From positions 105,697 through 169,696 of the forward strand of contig JAHJSH010000029.1 of NCBI GenBank assembly GCA_018830525.1: a DNA stretch of 64,000 nt. Reading direction: 5' to 3'. The DNA comes from Nanobdellota archaeon. Lineage in GTDB: Archaea > Nanobdellota > Nanobdellia > Pacearchaeales > GW2011-AR1. The notes under the pieces were generated by a model. It searched no databases. It saw nothing but the letters and a program-made list of their open reading frames with translations, and was not told the origin of the DNA. Position numbers and translations under genes: made by a program. Each line of letters starts with the position of its first letter. Position 1 is the stretch's first letter. Below, piece after piece: positions 10,973 to 19,781 of this stretch.

Positions 10973-11651
10973 AAAACTCTTCTGCTTCTGCAAGGTTCTC
11001 TAGATTTCCTATGTCAAAAAGATATCCTTTGTGTTCTATGCAGAAAACTTTTCCCTCTTCGGCTAAATTAGGTAAAATATCTTTTCCAAAATCACTAAAC
11101 CCTTGGGGGATCTTTTTTAAAATAGAAGGTTCTAAAATATAAACCCCTGAATTAATTAATCCCCTAGGAATTTCTCTTTCTGGTTTCTCTATAAAACTAA
11201 TTACCTTGTTATTTTTTGCAATCACAACCCCCTTCCCCTTTTGGCTTCTTAATTTGTCTAAAATAATGGTTGCTTCAGCATTATTTTTTTTATGAATTAA
11301 CAATGCTTCTTTTAGATTAATGTTAGAAATAGCATCTCCATAAATAACTATAAATGTCTCGGTCAATTCATTTTTAAAATTATTAAGGGCTCCAGAGGTT
11401 CCTAAAATTTTTGGCTCATAAGAGTATTTGATCTGTACGCCAAACATTGAACCATCTCCAAAATATTCTTTTATTCTTTCTGGCAAATAGTGTGTATTAA
11501 TTAAAAATTCATTTATCCCTTGTTCTTTTAGATTTTCAATATTGTATTGAAGACAAGGTTTATTGTTCACAGGAACTAGAACTTTCGGAAGGTTATTGGT
11601 GAGAGGTCTTAGACGCTCTCCGAATCCTGCTGAAAGTAATACTGCCTTCAT
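10956..11651 (-). CDS. hddC: Heptose-1-phosphate guanylyltransferase-like nucleotidyltransferase
   Basis: AGFGERLRPLT..PK motif; context with hddA, gmhA, gmhB. Confidence 0.75.
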   Translation of the reverse strand: MKAVLLSAGFGERLRPLTNNLPKVLVPVNNKPCLQYNIENLKEQGINEFLINTHYLPERIKEYFGDGSMFGVQIKYSYEPKILGTSGALNNFKNELTETFIVIYGDAISNINLKEALLIHKKNNAEATIILDKLRSQKGKGVVIAKNNKVISFIEKPEREIPRGLINSGVYILEPSILKKIPQGFSDFGKDILPNLAEEGKVFCIEHKGYLFDIGNLENLAEAEEFFKNQK

Positions 11652-11701
11652 GAAATTATTGCACCAATTAACTTTAAAAAGATTGTCTATAGGTTAATAT
11701 T

Positions 11702-12679
11702 ATGATAATTAGCAAGACTCCACTAAGAATAAGTTTTTTTGGGGGGGGAACAGATATCCCTGCGTTTTCGGATAAGGAATTCGGATGTGTTTTGAGTACT
11801 TCAATTGACAAATATATTTATTTGGTGATGCATAAGGCTTTTGGGGAGAATAATGTACTTGCCTATTCTAAAAGGGAGGACGTAAAAGACGTGGAGGACA
11901 TAAAACATACTAGAATTAGGGAAATTATGAAAAAAACGGGAGTTACCAGCCAGATAGAGATTCATTCTCTTGCGGAAGTTCCTGCTGGAACTGGTTTGGG
12001 GTCTAGTAGCTCATTTAGTGTGGGACTTCTTAATCTATTATATAACTCTAAGGGAGAGTATGTTTCAAAAGATGTGTTGGCTAGAGAGGCGTGTGAAATA
12101 GAAATTGGTGTGCTGAAAGAGCCAATTGGAAAACAGGACCAATATGCTGCAGCAATGGGGGGAGTGAATTTCATCAAGTTTAACCCGGATGGTTCTGTTG
12201 AAGTTGAACCCATAAGAGCTAGAGAAGATACTTTGAAAAAGATTAATGACCGGCTGGTTATATTTTATCTTGATAAGACGAGGGATGCTTCAGAAATTTT
12301 GCATGAACAAGGTTCTAATCTCCAGGGAGATAATGAGAAGAGGGGAATATTAGGAGAGATGAAAAAAATTACTATCCAAATGAAAGATGATTTGAATAAT
12401 GATAATATTGAAAATTTTGGGAAAATGTTGCATCAAAGTTGGATTCTTAAAAAGAAGTTGGCTAGTAGGATTTCTGATTCAGAAATTGATAGTATCTATG
12501 AAAGAGGATTAAAGGCCGGAGCTACAGGGGGGAAAGTTCTTGGTGCCGGGGGCGGGGGATTTATTTTATTTTATTGTGAACCTGATAAGCAAGATTTATT
12601 AAAAGAAGAACTGAAAGAGCTAAGAAAATTTGATGTTCAATTTGAAAAAGAGGGGACCAAGATAATATACTCTCAGTAG
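11702..12679 (+). CDS. hddA: D-glycero-alpha-D-manno-heptose-7-phosphate kinase (GHMP)
   Basis: PLRISFFGGGTD, GLGSSS, GKQDQY and GAGGGG motifs. Confidence 0.92.
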   Translation: MIISKTPLRISFFGGGTDIPAFSDKEFGCVLSTSIDKYIYLVMHKAFGENNVLAYSKREDVKDVEDIKHTRIREIMKKTGVTSQIEIHSLAEVPAGTGLGSSSSFSVGLLNLLYNSKGEYVSKDVLAREACEIEIGVLKEPIGKQDQYAAAMGGVNFIKFNPDGSVEVEPIRAREDTLKKINDRLVIFYLDKTRDASEILHEQGSNLQGDNEKRGILGEMKKITIQMKDDLNNDNIENFGKMLHQSWILKKKLASRISDSEIDSIYERGLKAGATGGKVLGAGGGGFILFYCEPDKQDLLKEELKELRKFDVQFEKEGTKIIYSQ

Positions 12680-12715
12680 GGAAATTTATTTAAACTGTTT
12701 ATATCCTTAAATATT

Positions 12716-13297
12716 ATGGAAAATGATTTAATAAAAAAGTATTTTGAGGAAGTAAAAAATTCTTTTGAGGGGATGGATATTGAAAGGATTAAAATTCTTG
12801 CAGATAAAATAAAAGAAGTAAAGGCTAGGGAGGATACGGTTTTTATTATTGGAAATGGGGGTAGTGCTTCAACTGCATCCCATATGGCATGTGACTTAAT
12901 GAAAAATAGTATAGAGGATTATAATTCTTCAGAAGATAGATTGAGGGCAATTTCATTAACTGATAATCTTGCGACAATTTCTGCTTATGGCAATGATCTT
13001 TCTTATGATGAAATTTTTTCTCAGCAATTAAAGAGTCTTATGAATGATAAGGACTTATTGATAGTAATCAGTGGATCGGGAAATTCAAAAAATATTGTGA
13101 AGGCTGTTGAAATATCTAAGCAAATAGGGGCTTATGTTTTTGGCTTACTTGGATCTAATGGAGGAATTGTTGCCCCCCTATGCGATGATTCTATTATTGT
13201 TCCCTCTAAAAATTATGGTGTCATTGAAGATTTACATATGATGATTGGGCATCTACTGGCTGCTGAATTGAAAGGTGAAAACAATTTGATTTCTTAG
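12716..13297 (+). CDS. gmhA: Phosphoheptose isomerase
   Basis: GNGGSA, SGSGNS and EDLH motifs. Confidence 0.92.
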   Translation: MENDLIKKYFEEVKNSFEGMDIERIKILADKIKEVKAREDTVFIIGNGGSASTASHMACDLMKNSIEDYNSSEDRLRAISLTDNLATISAYGNDLSYDEIFSQQLKSLMNDKDLLIVISGSGNSKNIVKAVEISKQIGAYVFGLLGSNGGIVAPLCDDSIIVPSKNYGVIEDLHMMIGHLLAAELKGENNLIS

Positions 13298-13311
13298 AAA
13301 ATTTTAAATTC

Positions 13312-14826
13312 TTATTTATCTATGAGATTTCTAAGTTCTTCCAAGTCTATTCCTTTTATTAGAAAAATTATAAGAAGATAAAGTATTCCTGCACTCAAAA
13401 TCATAAATACTCCCATTAGAATATTTAAAGAAAATAACTTTGTAAATAAGAAAAGATATCCTAACATAATTAGGCTTGCGATTAATGGTTTTATTACAGA
13501 GGATATGTTTGGAGAGATACCTAGTCTTCTCTTTGAAAGTACTACTAAAGTAACTAAACCTCCAAAACGGGTGATAAAAGTTGCAAGCGCAGCACCTACG
13601 AGCCCGAGGGCTAAATCTATTTTTATCAAATAGGTTATGAAGATTATGTTTAATATTATGTTTGCGATAGAAGTGGTTATATTTATGTACGCGGGAACAT
13701 GGGGCTTTTCCTTTGCGTCAAAGAGGAGTTTATAGAATCCGGAGAAAATACTTTCTAAGATAAGGAGACTCAGTAATGTAGAGGTAATTGCTAAGGCGAA
13801 CTCGTACTGGGGAGGAACATAACTTACCCCGTAAAGTATTTTTAACATTGGAAGGATTACGAAAGCTAATCCTATTGATACGGGGAAAGTTACTAAAGCA
13901 ATATAATGAAAAGATTTTTTGAAAGCATTTTTGAGCCTATTTCCTTCGAGTTGTATAAAAATTGGAAAAAATACTGCACTAATCCCAATTATCCCCATTA
14001 CTCCGCTGACCACAGTCATAATTGCTGCGTAGAATCCAATAAATTCTGCTTCAAGGTAAAACCCTAAAACTATTTTATCTATGTTGGTGAATATAAGAAT
14101 CCCTAGTGCACTTAGAGCAATGATACTTGAAAATTTAAGCATACGTCTTCTTTCAACAGGTTCTGTTTTTCCACTAACCAGGAAAGGATATTTCTTAACT
14201 AGAACTCCTGCTGCAAAGATTATTGCTACAACAGCGGATAATACCATAAAAAGGAAAATTGATTGAACATTGGAGGGGAGTTTTAGAAGGAAAAAGAAGA
14301 ACATAATTAATCCTATTCGCGATAATTGAAAAATTAATTCAGACATCGCAGAATATTTTAGTTTTTGAACGGATAAAAAAATCGGGTTGATAATACCATA
14401 AAGCGAGTTAACAAGGAGATAAAAGCTCCCGATTTTTAGTGGAATTATTAAATCGGGTTTTTTAAATAATGTAGCAATAATGCCTGCGCTAAGAAACAAG
14501 CCTGCGGAGAAGATAATCGCTATTGCGAACTTTAGTTTAAGTAAAAACCAAAATCTTGATCTTGCCTGTTTTTTCTTTTTATGTCCAATACTTTCGGCGA
14601 GAAATAAAATTATTGATCCCCCGAATCCCATATCTGAAATGGTTATTAAAATAATTATAATTGTTAGGGCAAGAGAGTAGATACCGAACATTTTTGGAAA
14701 AAGAATTCGTGCAACAATAATTGTAAATATTAATGAACCAATCTTAGAAACCATCCCAGAAAATCCCTGAAATAAAATATTTTCTATAATTTTTGTGGCG
14801 GTCTTTTTATTTTTTGGTTTATTCAT
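13312..14826 (-). CDS. Wzx-type oligosaccharide flippase
   Basis: Many TM segments, MOP-family pattern, glycan locus context. Confidence 0.85.
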   Translation of the reverse strand: MNKPKNKKTATKIIENILFQGFSGMVSKIGSLIFTIIVARILFPKMFGIYSLALTIIIILITISDMGFGGSIILFLAESIGHKKKKQARSRFWFLLKLKFAIAIIFSAGLFLSAGIIATLFKKPDLIIPLKIGSFYLLVNSLYGIINPIFLSVQKLKYSAMSELIFQLSRIGLIMFFFFLLKLPSNVQSIFLFMVLSAVVAIIFAAGVLVKKYPFLVSGKTEPVERRRMLKFSSIIALSALGILIFTNIDKIVLGFYLEAEFIGFYAAIMTVVSGVMGIIGISAVFFPIFIQLEGNRLKNAFKKSFHYIALVTFPVSIGLAFVILPMLKILYGVSYVPPQYEFALAITSTLLSLLILESIFSGFYKLLFDAKEKPHVPAYINITTSIANIILNIIFITYLIKIDLALGLVGAALATFITRFGGLVTLVVLSKRRLGISPNISSVIKPLIASLIMLGYLFLFTKLFSLNILMGVFMILSAGILYLLIIFLIKGIDLEELRNLIDK

Positions 14827-15284
14827 AACTCTCTTAACCCTTTCTTGTTTTTATTCCTTTTCATAACATAAACCGGAAAAATTTTGTTATATAATGGTTC
14901 TCCTCTTAAATAAAGGTCTATTAAATCTGCCACCATATGGACTCCGACCCCGATTAAAACCCAAAGGAAAAATTGATAGAGAAAAGAAAGTGCTACAAGA
15001 ATCATCCAAAATAATAATCCATGACAAATAAAAACTCCTCTTTTGAATTTTTCTCTTTCTTTTAAAGGTAATTTAAACCAAGCGGGAATTGATGTTAGAT
15101 ACCACTTTATTCCGTGAAGGGGATTCCAGTCTTTCATCTCCAAAGCATACCAAAAATAATGGTCTCCGTCAATCATCCAAGAAGATAGAAAGATTATCAA
15201 ACCTGCGAATATCGAGAAATCAAAAAAGTAAACAAGGATATAGGAGACTACAAATCCAAATAGGAAATGCCATTTGAATTCCAC
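14823..15284 (-). CDS. Membrane protein, metal-dependent hydrolase-like
   Basis: H..., D.DH, H and H...D motifs among TM helices. Confidence 0.55.
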   Translation of the reverse strand: MEFKWHFLFGFVVSYILVYFFDFSIFAGLIIFLSSWMIDGDHYFWYALEMKDWNPLHGIKWYLTSIPAWFKLPLKEREKFKRGVFICHGLLFWMILVALSFLYQFFLWVLIGVGVHMVADLIDLYLRGEPLYNKIFPVYVMKRNKNKKGLREL

Positions 15285-15333
15285 TTTAGTCTATCTCACG
15301 ATTAGAAATTGTTAATTTTTTATTTGTCAACAT

Positions 15334-16887
15334 CTAATCGTTCGCCTCCAACTGTCGTGCAATGTCTGCGAAAGCTGGTCGCGAGATTAAAACACCGGTT
15401 GTAATACCAATAATCGTTGTTATCGCGAAACCTGTTAGAAGTCCTCCTGAAGCCGCCCCGATGCCCATGAATCCAAGTACTCCTGTTAATGGAAGAAGTG
15501 CAACAGTTGTTGTTGCGAAGGCAGTAGCGATGATAAACAATGCCTTTTTGATTCTTTGTGCAATAGATTCTCTTTTATCTCGCGATTCATCTAAGATAAT
15601 TAACTGTGAATCTATACCTGTACCTATTGCGGCTATGATCCCGGCGATGGAAGGCAAATCTAGATTCCATCCAATTAGTGCAGCAACACCTAAGATAATT
15701 AGAACTTCTGAAAGAGAAACAGTAACTAACGCAAAAGAAACTTTAATCTTTCGGTATCTTATGAAAACCAAAAGGGAAACTGCGATAATCGCGAACAATC
15801 CTGCAATTAAAATTTGTTTAGTGAAAGTTTCCCCTAACGTCGGAGATATTTTGTCGATTTTTACTATTTCTAACTTGAATGGCAGAGATCCTGTTATTAG
15901 GATGGTCTGAAGTTTTTTCATTTCTGCTTCTGCGTCGTCAAGTGCTTCTTTTCTTGAAGGCCCGCTACCTGAACCAGAAATTAAAATCTGTGTTGCGATA
16001 TTTCCTTTTAGGTCTGCGCCGATGTTTAGGGAAGAGGTTAAAATTCCGTCAATATAGAAATCTAACTGTTTGCTTAGATAAGATCCATTGATAGATAAAT
16101 TGTCGGTGATGTCTGCGTGTCTTTGTGCTGCATCTCCGCTTAACGAGATTACAAATTGGAAGTTACAATATTCTCCGGAGCCATCACTTGAAGGATTACA
16201 TTCAGAGATATATGCATCTCTTCCAGTTCTTCCAACATGAGTAATGTCCTTCTCCCCCCCAATAAAGACTGTGTCGTTTCCGATCTTTGCTTCGAATTTT
16301 CCTTGCTCTTCGATTAATTTTTCTAAATCCTTCGGAGAAGATCCGGCTATTTCTATTCTCATGAGATTATCTCCTCGGGAATCTACTATCTTGAAGAATT
16401 TTACATCGGATAATCCGTAGACGTTTAGTCTCTGTTCGGAAACTGCAATAAGATCATTTAGCTGAGCGCTTGTCAATGGAACATCTGCTTTTACAAATGC
16501 TCTTGCCCCCCCTCGAAGATCAAGGCCTGTTTTTATCCTCGTCGAAGGAATTTCTTCTACAGAAATATCTTTAATTATTTCTCGTGTAAAAAGGTTGATG
16601 ATCTCAATGTCTTTTGTTTTTATAGTCAGTTTCTGTGTTTCATTTTCTTCTAAGTATGCCATCGGTTCCATGGCATTTGAGTAATCTTCTAAGGAATTAA
16701 TTATTTGTCCATTTATTTCCTGGATGACCATCCCGGTACGGAGCCCATTGTTGAATATTGACGAATTTGTTTCTACTGCGGAAACCGTAACCCCCTTCTC
16801 GAAAATCATTGGGGGAATTGAAAATATCGAGATGAGAGATAGTGCCACTGCAGCGAAAAGTATCCACATTCTAAAAGTTATTTTCAT
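15334..16887 (-). CDS. secD: Protein translocase subunit SecD (with PDZ-like N-terminal domain)
   Basis: GLDLRGG, GSLP and IAAIGTGIDS motifs; ATG of MKITFR at 16887. Confidence 0.9.
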   Translation of the reverse strand: MKITFRMWILFAAVALSLISIFSIPPMIFEKGVTVSAVETNSSIFNNGLRTGMVIQEINGQIINSLEDYSNAMEPMAYLEENETQKLTIKTKDIEIINLFTREIIKDISVEEIPSTRIKTGLDLRGGARAFVKADVPLTSAQLNDLIAVSEQRLNVYGLSDVKFFKIVDSRGDNLMRIEIAGSSPKDLEKLIEEQGKFEAKIGNDTVFIGGEKDITHVGRTGRDAYISECNPSSDGSGEYCNFQFVISLSGDAAQRHADITDNLSINGSYLSKQLDFYIDGILTSSLNIGADLKGNIATQILISGSGSGPSRKEALDDAEAEMKKLQTILITGSLPFKLEIVKIDKISPTLGETFTKQILIAGLFAIIAVSLLVFIRYRKIKVSFALVTVSLSEVLIILGVAALIGWNLDLPSIAGIIAAIGTGIDSQLIILDESRDKRESIAQRIKKALFIIATAFATTTVALLPLTGVLGFMGIGAASGGLLTGFAITTIIGITTGVLISRPAFADIARQLEAND

Positions 16888-16901
16888 TGTTTTGTCTCCT
16901 C

Positions 16902-16970
16902 CTCGCAATTTGCATTCGTGTATTTTATTTTTTTGTTTTCCATTTTATTTTGTCGAAAGCGAATCGCTCG
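16902..16970 (+). repeat. Family A hairpin element across the secF/secD junction
   Basis: CTCGCAATTTGCAT-TCG...CGA-AAGCGAATCGCTCG arms. Confidence 0.75.
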
Positions 16971-17970
16971 CATACCACTTAATTATTGATGCGTTGGTGA
17001 CCCATGTGTTGAAAAGATCAAAGCCTAGACCTATTAGTAATATGACAAATATTTGGTTTAGAACTGAGCCAAATGGATAGACGACGATTAGTGCTGCGGT
17101 GATTGCGATGATAGAAGTTAAGGTCATTGTTGTTCCAGTCTTGAAAGCTCCGAATAATTCTTGGTTTATTCCCCCGTGTTTTCTGTTAAGGATTCTAGAA
17201 GTTAGAAGGATATCTGTGTCTACCGAATAACCGATAAGCATAAGGAACGCGACGATTCCAGCGGTTGAAAGTTTGATTCCGAGAAGATTGACGACTGCAA
17301 GAGTCATCACGATGTCGGCGAAAGCAGAAAGCATAACTGCAAATGAGGGGACTGAGTTTTTGATATAGATTCTGATTAAAATGGCTGCGAATGCTAAAAA
17401 GATAATTCCTGCGAGGACCGGGTTGATTGTTAAGAAAAAGTTACCCATAAAGAATCCTAATAATACATTAAAGATTATTGTCCATGTTTTTACTTTCTTA
17501 CCTTTTGCAAAGATGAGGAAAACGACTGCCGCCATCCAGAAGAAAGCTAAAAGGACTGCGATAATAAGTTGTTTGTAAAAGTCTGCTGAGAGTGCTGCGC
17601 TTGTAGATTCTTCTGAAGAATTTTCTGATGTGAGTTCTTCTCCTAAAAATTCTTCTAATGCGACTTTAAGTGCTTCTGTTTGTTCTTCTCCAATTGTAAT
17701 TACAAGCTGTAATTGGTTTCCGGCATTATTGGAAATTGTTTGAACATTAAAATCGGTTAAGGTCTTTGATAACGCGGATTCTACGTCTACGGAGGAAATG
17801 TCTGTGAAAATTGAGATTGTGGTTCCGCCAGTCAATGAAACGTCTTTGTTAATGATGTCTCCAGTCTGTATATAGAATATCCCTATATATATTAGGGATA
17901 AAGCCAGGAGAACTGCTGGAATGATTAGAAGTTTCTTGTAATTCTCGTTGTACCACGGTTCGAAATTCAT
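16945..17970 (-). CDS. secF: Protein translocase subunit SecF
   Basis: LTGGT and LMLIGYSVDTDILL motifs. Confidence 0.9.
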   Translation of the reverse strand: MNFEPWYNENYKKLLIIPAVLLALSLIYIGIFYIQTGDIINKDVSLTGGTTISIFTDISSVDVESALSKTLTDFNVQTISNNAGNQLQLVITIGEEQTEALKVALEEFLGEELTSENSSEESTSAALSADFYKQLIIAVLLAFFWMAAVVFLIFAKGKKVKTWTIIFNVLLGFFMGNFFLTINPVLAGIIFLAFAAILIRIYIKNSVPSFAVMLSAFADIVMTLAVVNLLGIKLSTAGIVAFLMLIGYSVDTDILLTSRILNRKHGGINQELFGAFKTGTTMTLTSIIAITAALIVVYPFGSVLNQIFVILLIGLGFDLFNTWVTNASIIKWYASDSLSTK

Positions 17971-18061
17971 ATTATAGTTAGAGAAATTGGTATTTTAAAG
18001 TTAATTGTTATTAGATAGAGGGTTTACAAACTTTAATAAAGGTTGTTAACCTTATTTTTTT

Positions 18062-18394
18062 ATGCCTTATAAAGATCCTGAAAAGAAAAGAGAATGTAGG
18101 AGGAAATGGTATGCAAAGAATAAATCTTCTGAAAAGGCTCATGTTCAAAGGAGGAAGGGGAAGATTAAATTATGGTTTAAAAAATATAAGGCTTTCCTTA
18201 AATGTTCTAAGTGTGAGGAAAACCACCCAGCAACTATAGATTTCCATCATAAAATTGGCAAGAAAGAAAATAATATCTCAAAAATGGTGGCAGATGGATA
18301 TTCTATAGACCGAATAAAAATAGAATTAGAAAAATGTAATGTGCTTTGTGCAAATTGTCATAGAAAAGAACATTTCAAAAACAATAAACTTTAA
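18062..18394 (+). CDS. Small HNH endonuclease
   Basis: CSKC..DFHH..N..LCANCH motifs. Confidence 0.8.
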   Translation: MPYKDPEKKRECRRKWYAKNKSSEKAHVQRRKGKIKLWFKKYKAFLKCSKCEENHPATIDFHHKIGKKENNISKMVADGYSIDRIKIELEKCNVLCANCHRKEHFKNNKL

Positions 18395-18477
18395 AACCTT
18401 AAATTAGGTGATTAAATCATGCGTGGGTAGTTTAGTTACGCGATTTTTAATCGCTTCAAAAACAACCTTCCCATAAT

Positions 18478-18564
18478 GCGTGGGTAGTTTAGTGGTAGAA
18501 TATTTGGCTTCCAAAATTTTACTGAAGAAACCAAATGACCGGGGTTCGAGTCCCCGCTCGCGCA
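18478..18564 (+). tRNA. tRNA-Gly(TCC) with 16-nt intron (18514-18529)
   Basis: Cloverleaf, GGTTCGAGTCC T arm, BHB motif CTTC-CAA / GAAG-AAA at position 37/38. Confidence 0.92.
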
Positions 18565-18740
18565 TTTTCCCTTTCCTTGCGGGATCTCTAAAGAATTTTC
18601 GTACAATTAGTCTTCAGGTCTTCGTGAGATAATAAATTGTCAAAGACCTAAAAACTCCCACAGTATTCCCTATTTTCTCTAGATGATTAAACTTAAAAAT
18701 GGGTTTCTAGTGATTAATTTGTGAGGGAATGCCTCCGCTA

Positions 18741-18798
18741 CTCGCGATTTGCATTTGCTTAAGATATAGAATTTGGTTCGCAAAAGCGAATCACTCGG
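18741..18798 (+). repeat. Family A hairpin element in a duplicated tRNA-Leu 5' end
   Basis: CTCGCGATTTGCAT-TTGC...GCAA-AAGCGAATCACTCGG between GAGGGAATGCC and GGTCAAAC. Confidence 0.8.
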
Positions 18799-18821
18799 TC
18801 AAACTGTTTGACCAAAAGTAC

Positions 18822-18904
18822 GAGGGAATGCCGGAGCGGTCAAACGGGCCAGACTCAAGATCTGGTAGCTTATGCTTACGGGGGTTCGAATCCTCCTTCC
18901 CTCA
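18822..18904 (+). tRNA. tRNA-Leu(CAA)
   Basis: Stem CCAGA/TCTGG, loop CT-CAA-GA, long variable arm. Confidence 0.95.
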
Positions 18905-19050
18905 TAATGAGATTCGAACCCAAGGGTTCGCGCCGATTCTCGGCACAAGGACCTCTTCGAGGATCCTCCTTCCCTCATAATGAGATTCGAACCCAAGGGT
19001 TCGCGCCGATTCTCGGCACAAGGACCTCTTCGAGGATCCTCCTTCCCTCA
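18905..19050 (+). repeat. Two 73-bp tandem units, each ending in the tRNA-Leu 3' end
   Basis: Identical units ending ATCCTCCTTCCCTCA. Confidence 0.9.
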
Positions 19051-19057
19051 TTATTCT

Positions 19058-19133
19058 GCCCGAGTAGCTCAGTTTGGATTAGAGCGATGCCCTCCTAAGG
19101 CATAGGTCGCAGGTTCAAGTCCTGTCTCGGGCG
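19058..19133 (+). tRNA. tRNA-Arg(CCT)
   Basis: Stem ATGCC/GGCAT, loop CT-CCT-AA. Confidence 0.95.
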
Positions 19134-19243
19134 TTTATTGAACCTGGCAGGTTCACCCGGTAGGTAGCTCTGGTGAGCTCGTCCATTTGACATCCCTCTG
19201 GTGAGCGAAGTCCTGTTCCGGGCGTTTTTCTTGAATCGTTAAG

Positions 19244-19251
19244 TTTATAAA
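19244..19251 (+). promoter_or_regulatory. TATA box of the 5S rRNA gene
   Basis: TTTATAAA ending about 22 nt upstream of the 5S 5' end. Confidence 0.6.
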
Positions 19252-19272
19252 ATGAAAAATTGACTAGAATAT

Positions 19273-19381
19273 TAGACGGCCATAATAACTTGGTTACACC
19301 TGATCCCGTTCCGAACTCAGAAGTTAAGCTTGTTATGTTCGTGTCTGTACTGTCTTTGATGGGAACACACGGAGCTGTCTA
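19273..19381 (+). rRNA. rrf: 5S rRNA (solitary, short)
   Basis: ACGGCCATA and CCTGATCCCGTTCCGAACTCAGAAGTTAAG motifs; terminal helix TAGACGGC/GCTGTCTA. Confidence 0.9.
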
Positions 19382-19409
19382 TTTATTTTTTAAGAATTAC
19401 TTTACTCGA

Positions 19410-19607
19410 TTAGAACTTCTTGAACTTGTTGATTAATTCTAGTGTGTCTGTCTGGCCTAGAATTTGCGCTCTGCAACAGTATCGCTTGATACCTAATTCG
19501 TCGAGAGCCTTTTTGTTTGATTTTCCAGCTTCCACTAGCGCTTTGTATTTCGGATACAGGTGTGCGATTGGCTTCCCGCAAGAAAAGCACCTAATAGGTA
19601 TTATAAT
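19410..19607 (-). CDS. rpoN: RNA polymerase subunit N (Rpo10), 65 aa, ATT start; absent from the ORF track
   Basis: Translates (M)IIPIRCFSCGKPIAHLY...LDELGIKRYCCRAQIL...; AAGGAG upstream. Confidence 0.92.
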   Translation of the reverse strand: MIIPIRCFSCGKPIAHLYPKYKALVEAGKSNKKALDELGIKRYCCRAQILGQTDTLELINKFKKF

Positions 19608-19781
19608 TTTGTTCTCCTTGTGATTTTTGATCTTTTATTGTATATCTTGGTGGATACCCTTTTTGTATTATAAGATCAAAATCTTTTAGTATCCTTAGAC
19701 TTAAGTAGATTTTGCTCTTTTTTAAATCTTCCGCAATTTGTTTATGACTAAATTTATATAGGATATTCTTCTTAAGACGGT

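Noticed and set aside
15362..15910. Antisense ORFs such as this 182-aa one
   Set aside because: They lie opposite well-supported genes and have no motifs.
18905..19050. CRISPR array
   Set aside because: Only two fully identical, tRNA-derived units with no unique spacers, and no cas genes in the window. The same applies to 30126-30331.
18723..19227. attL/attR of an integrated virus or plasmid
   Set aside because: The duplicates are about 100 bp or less from the tRNA, with no cargo or adjacent integrase.
19402..19623. ORF-track calls 19402-19590 (-) and 19420-19623 (+)
   Set aside because: Both are shadows of rpoN in other frames.
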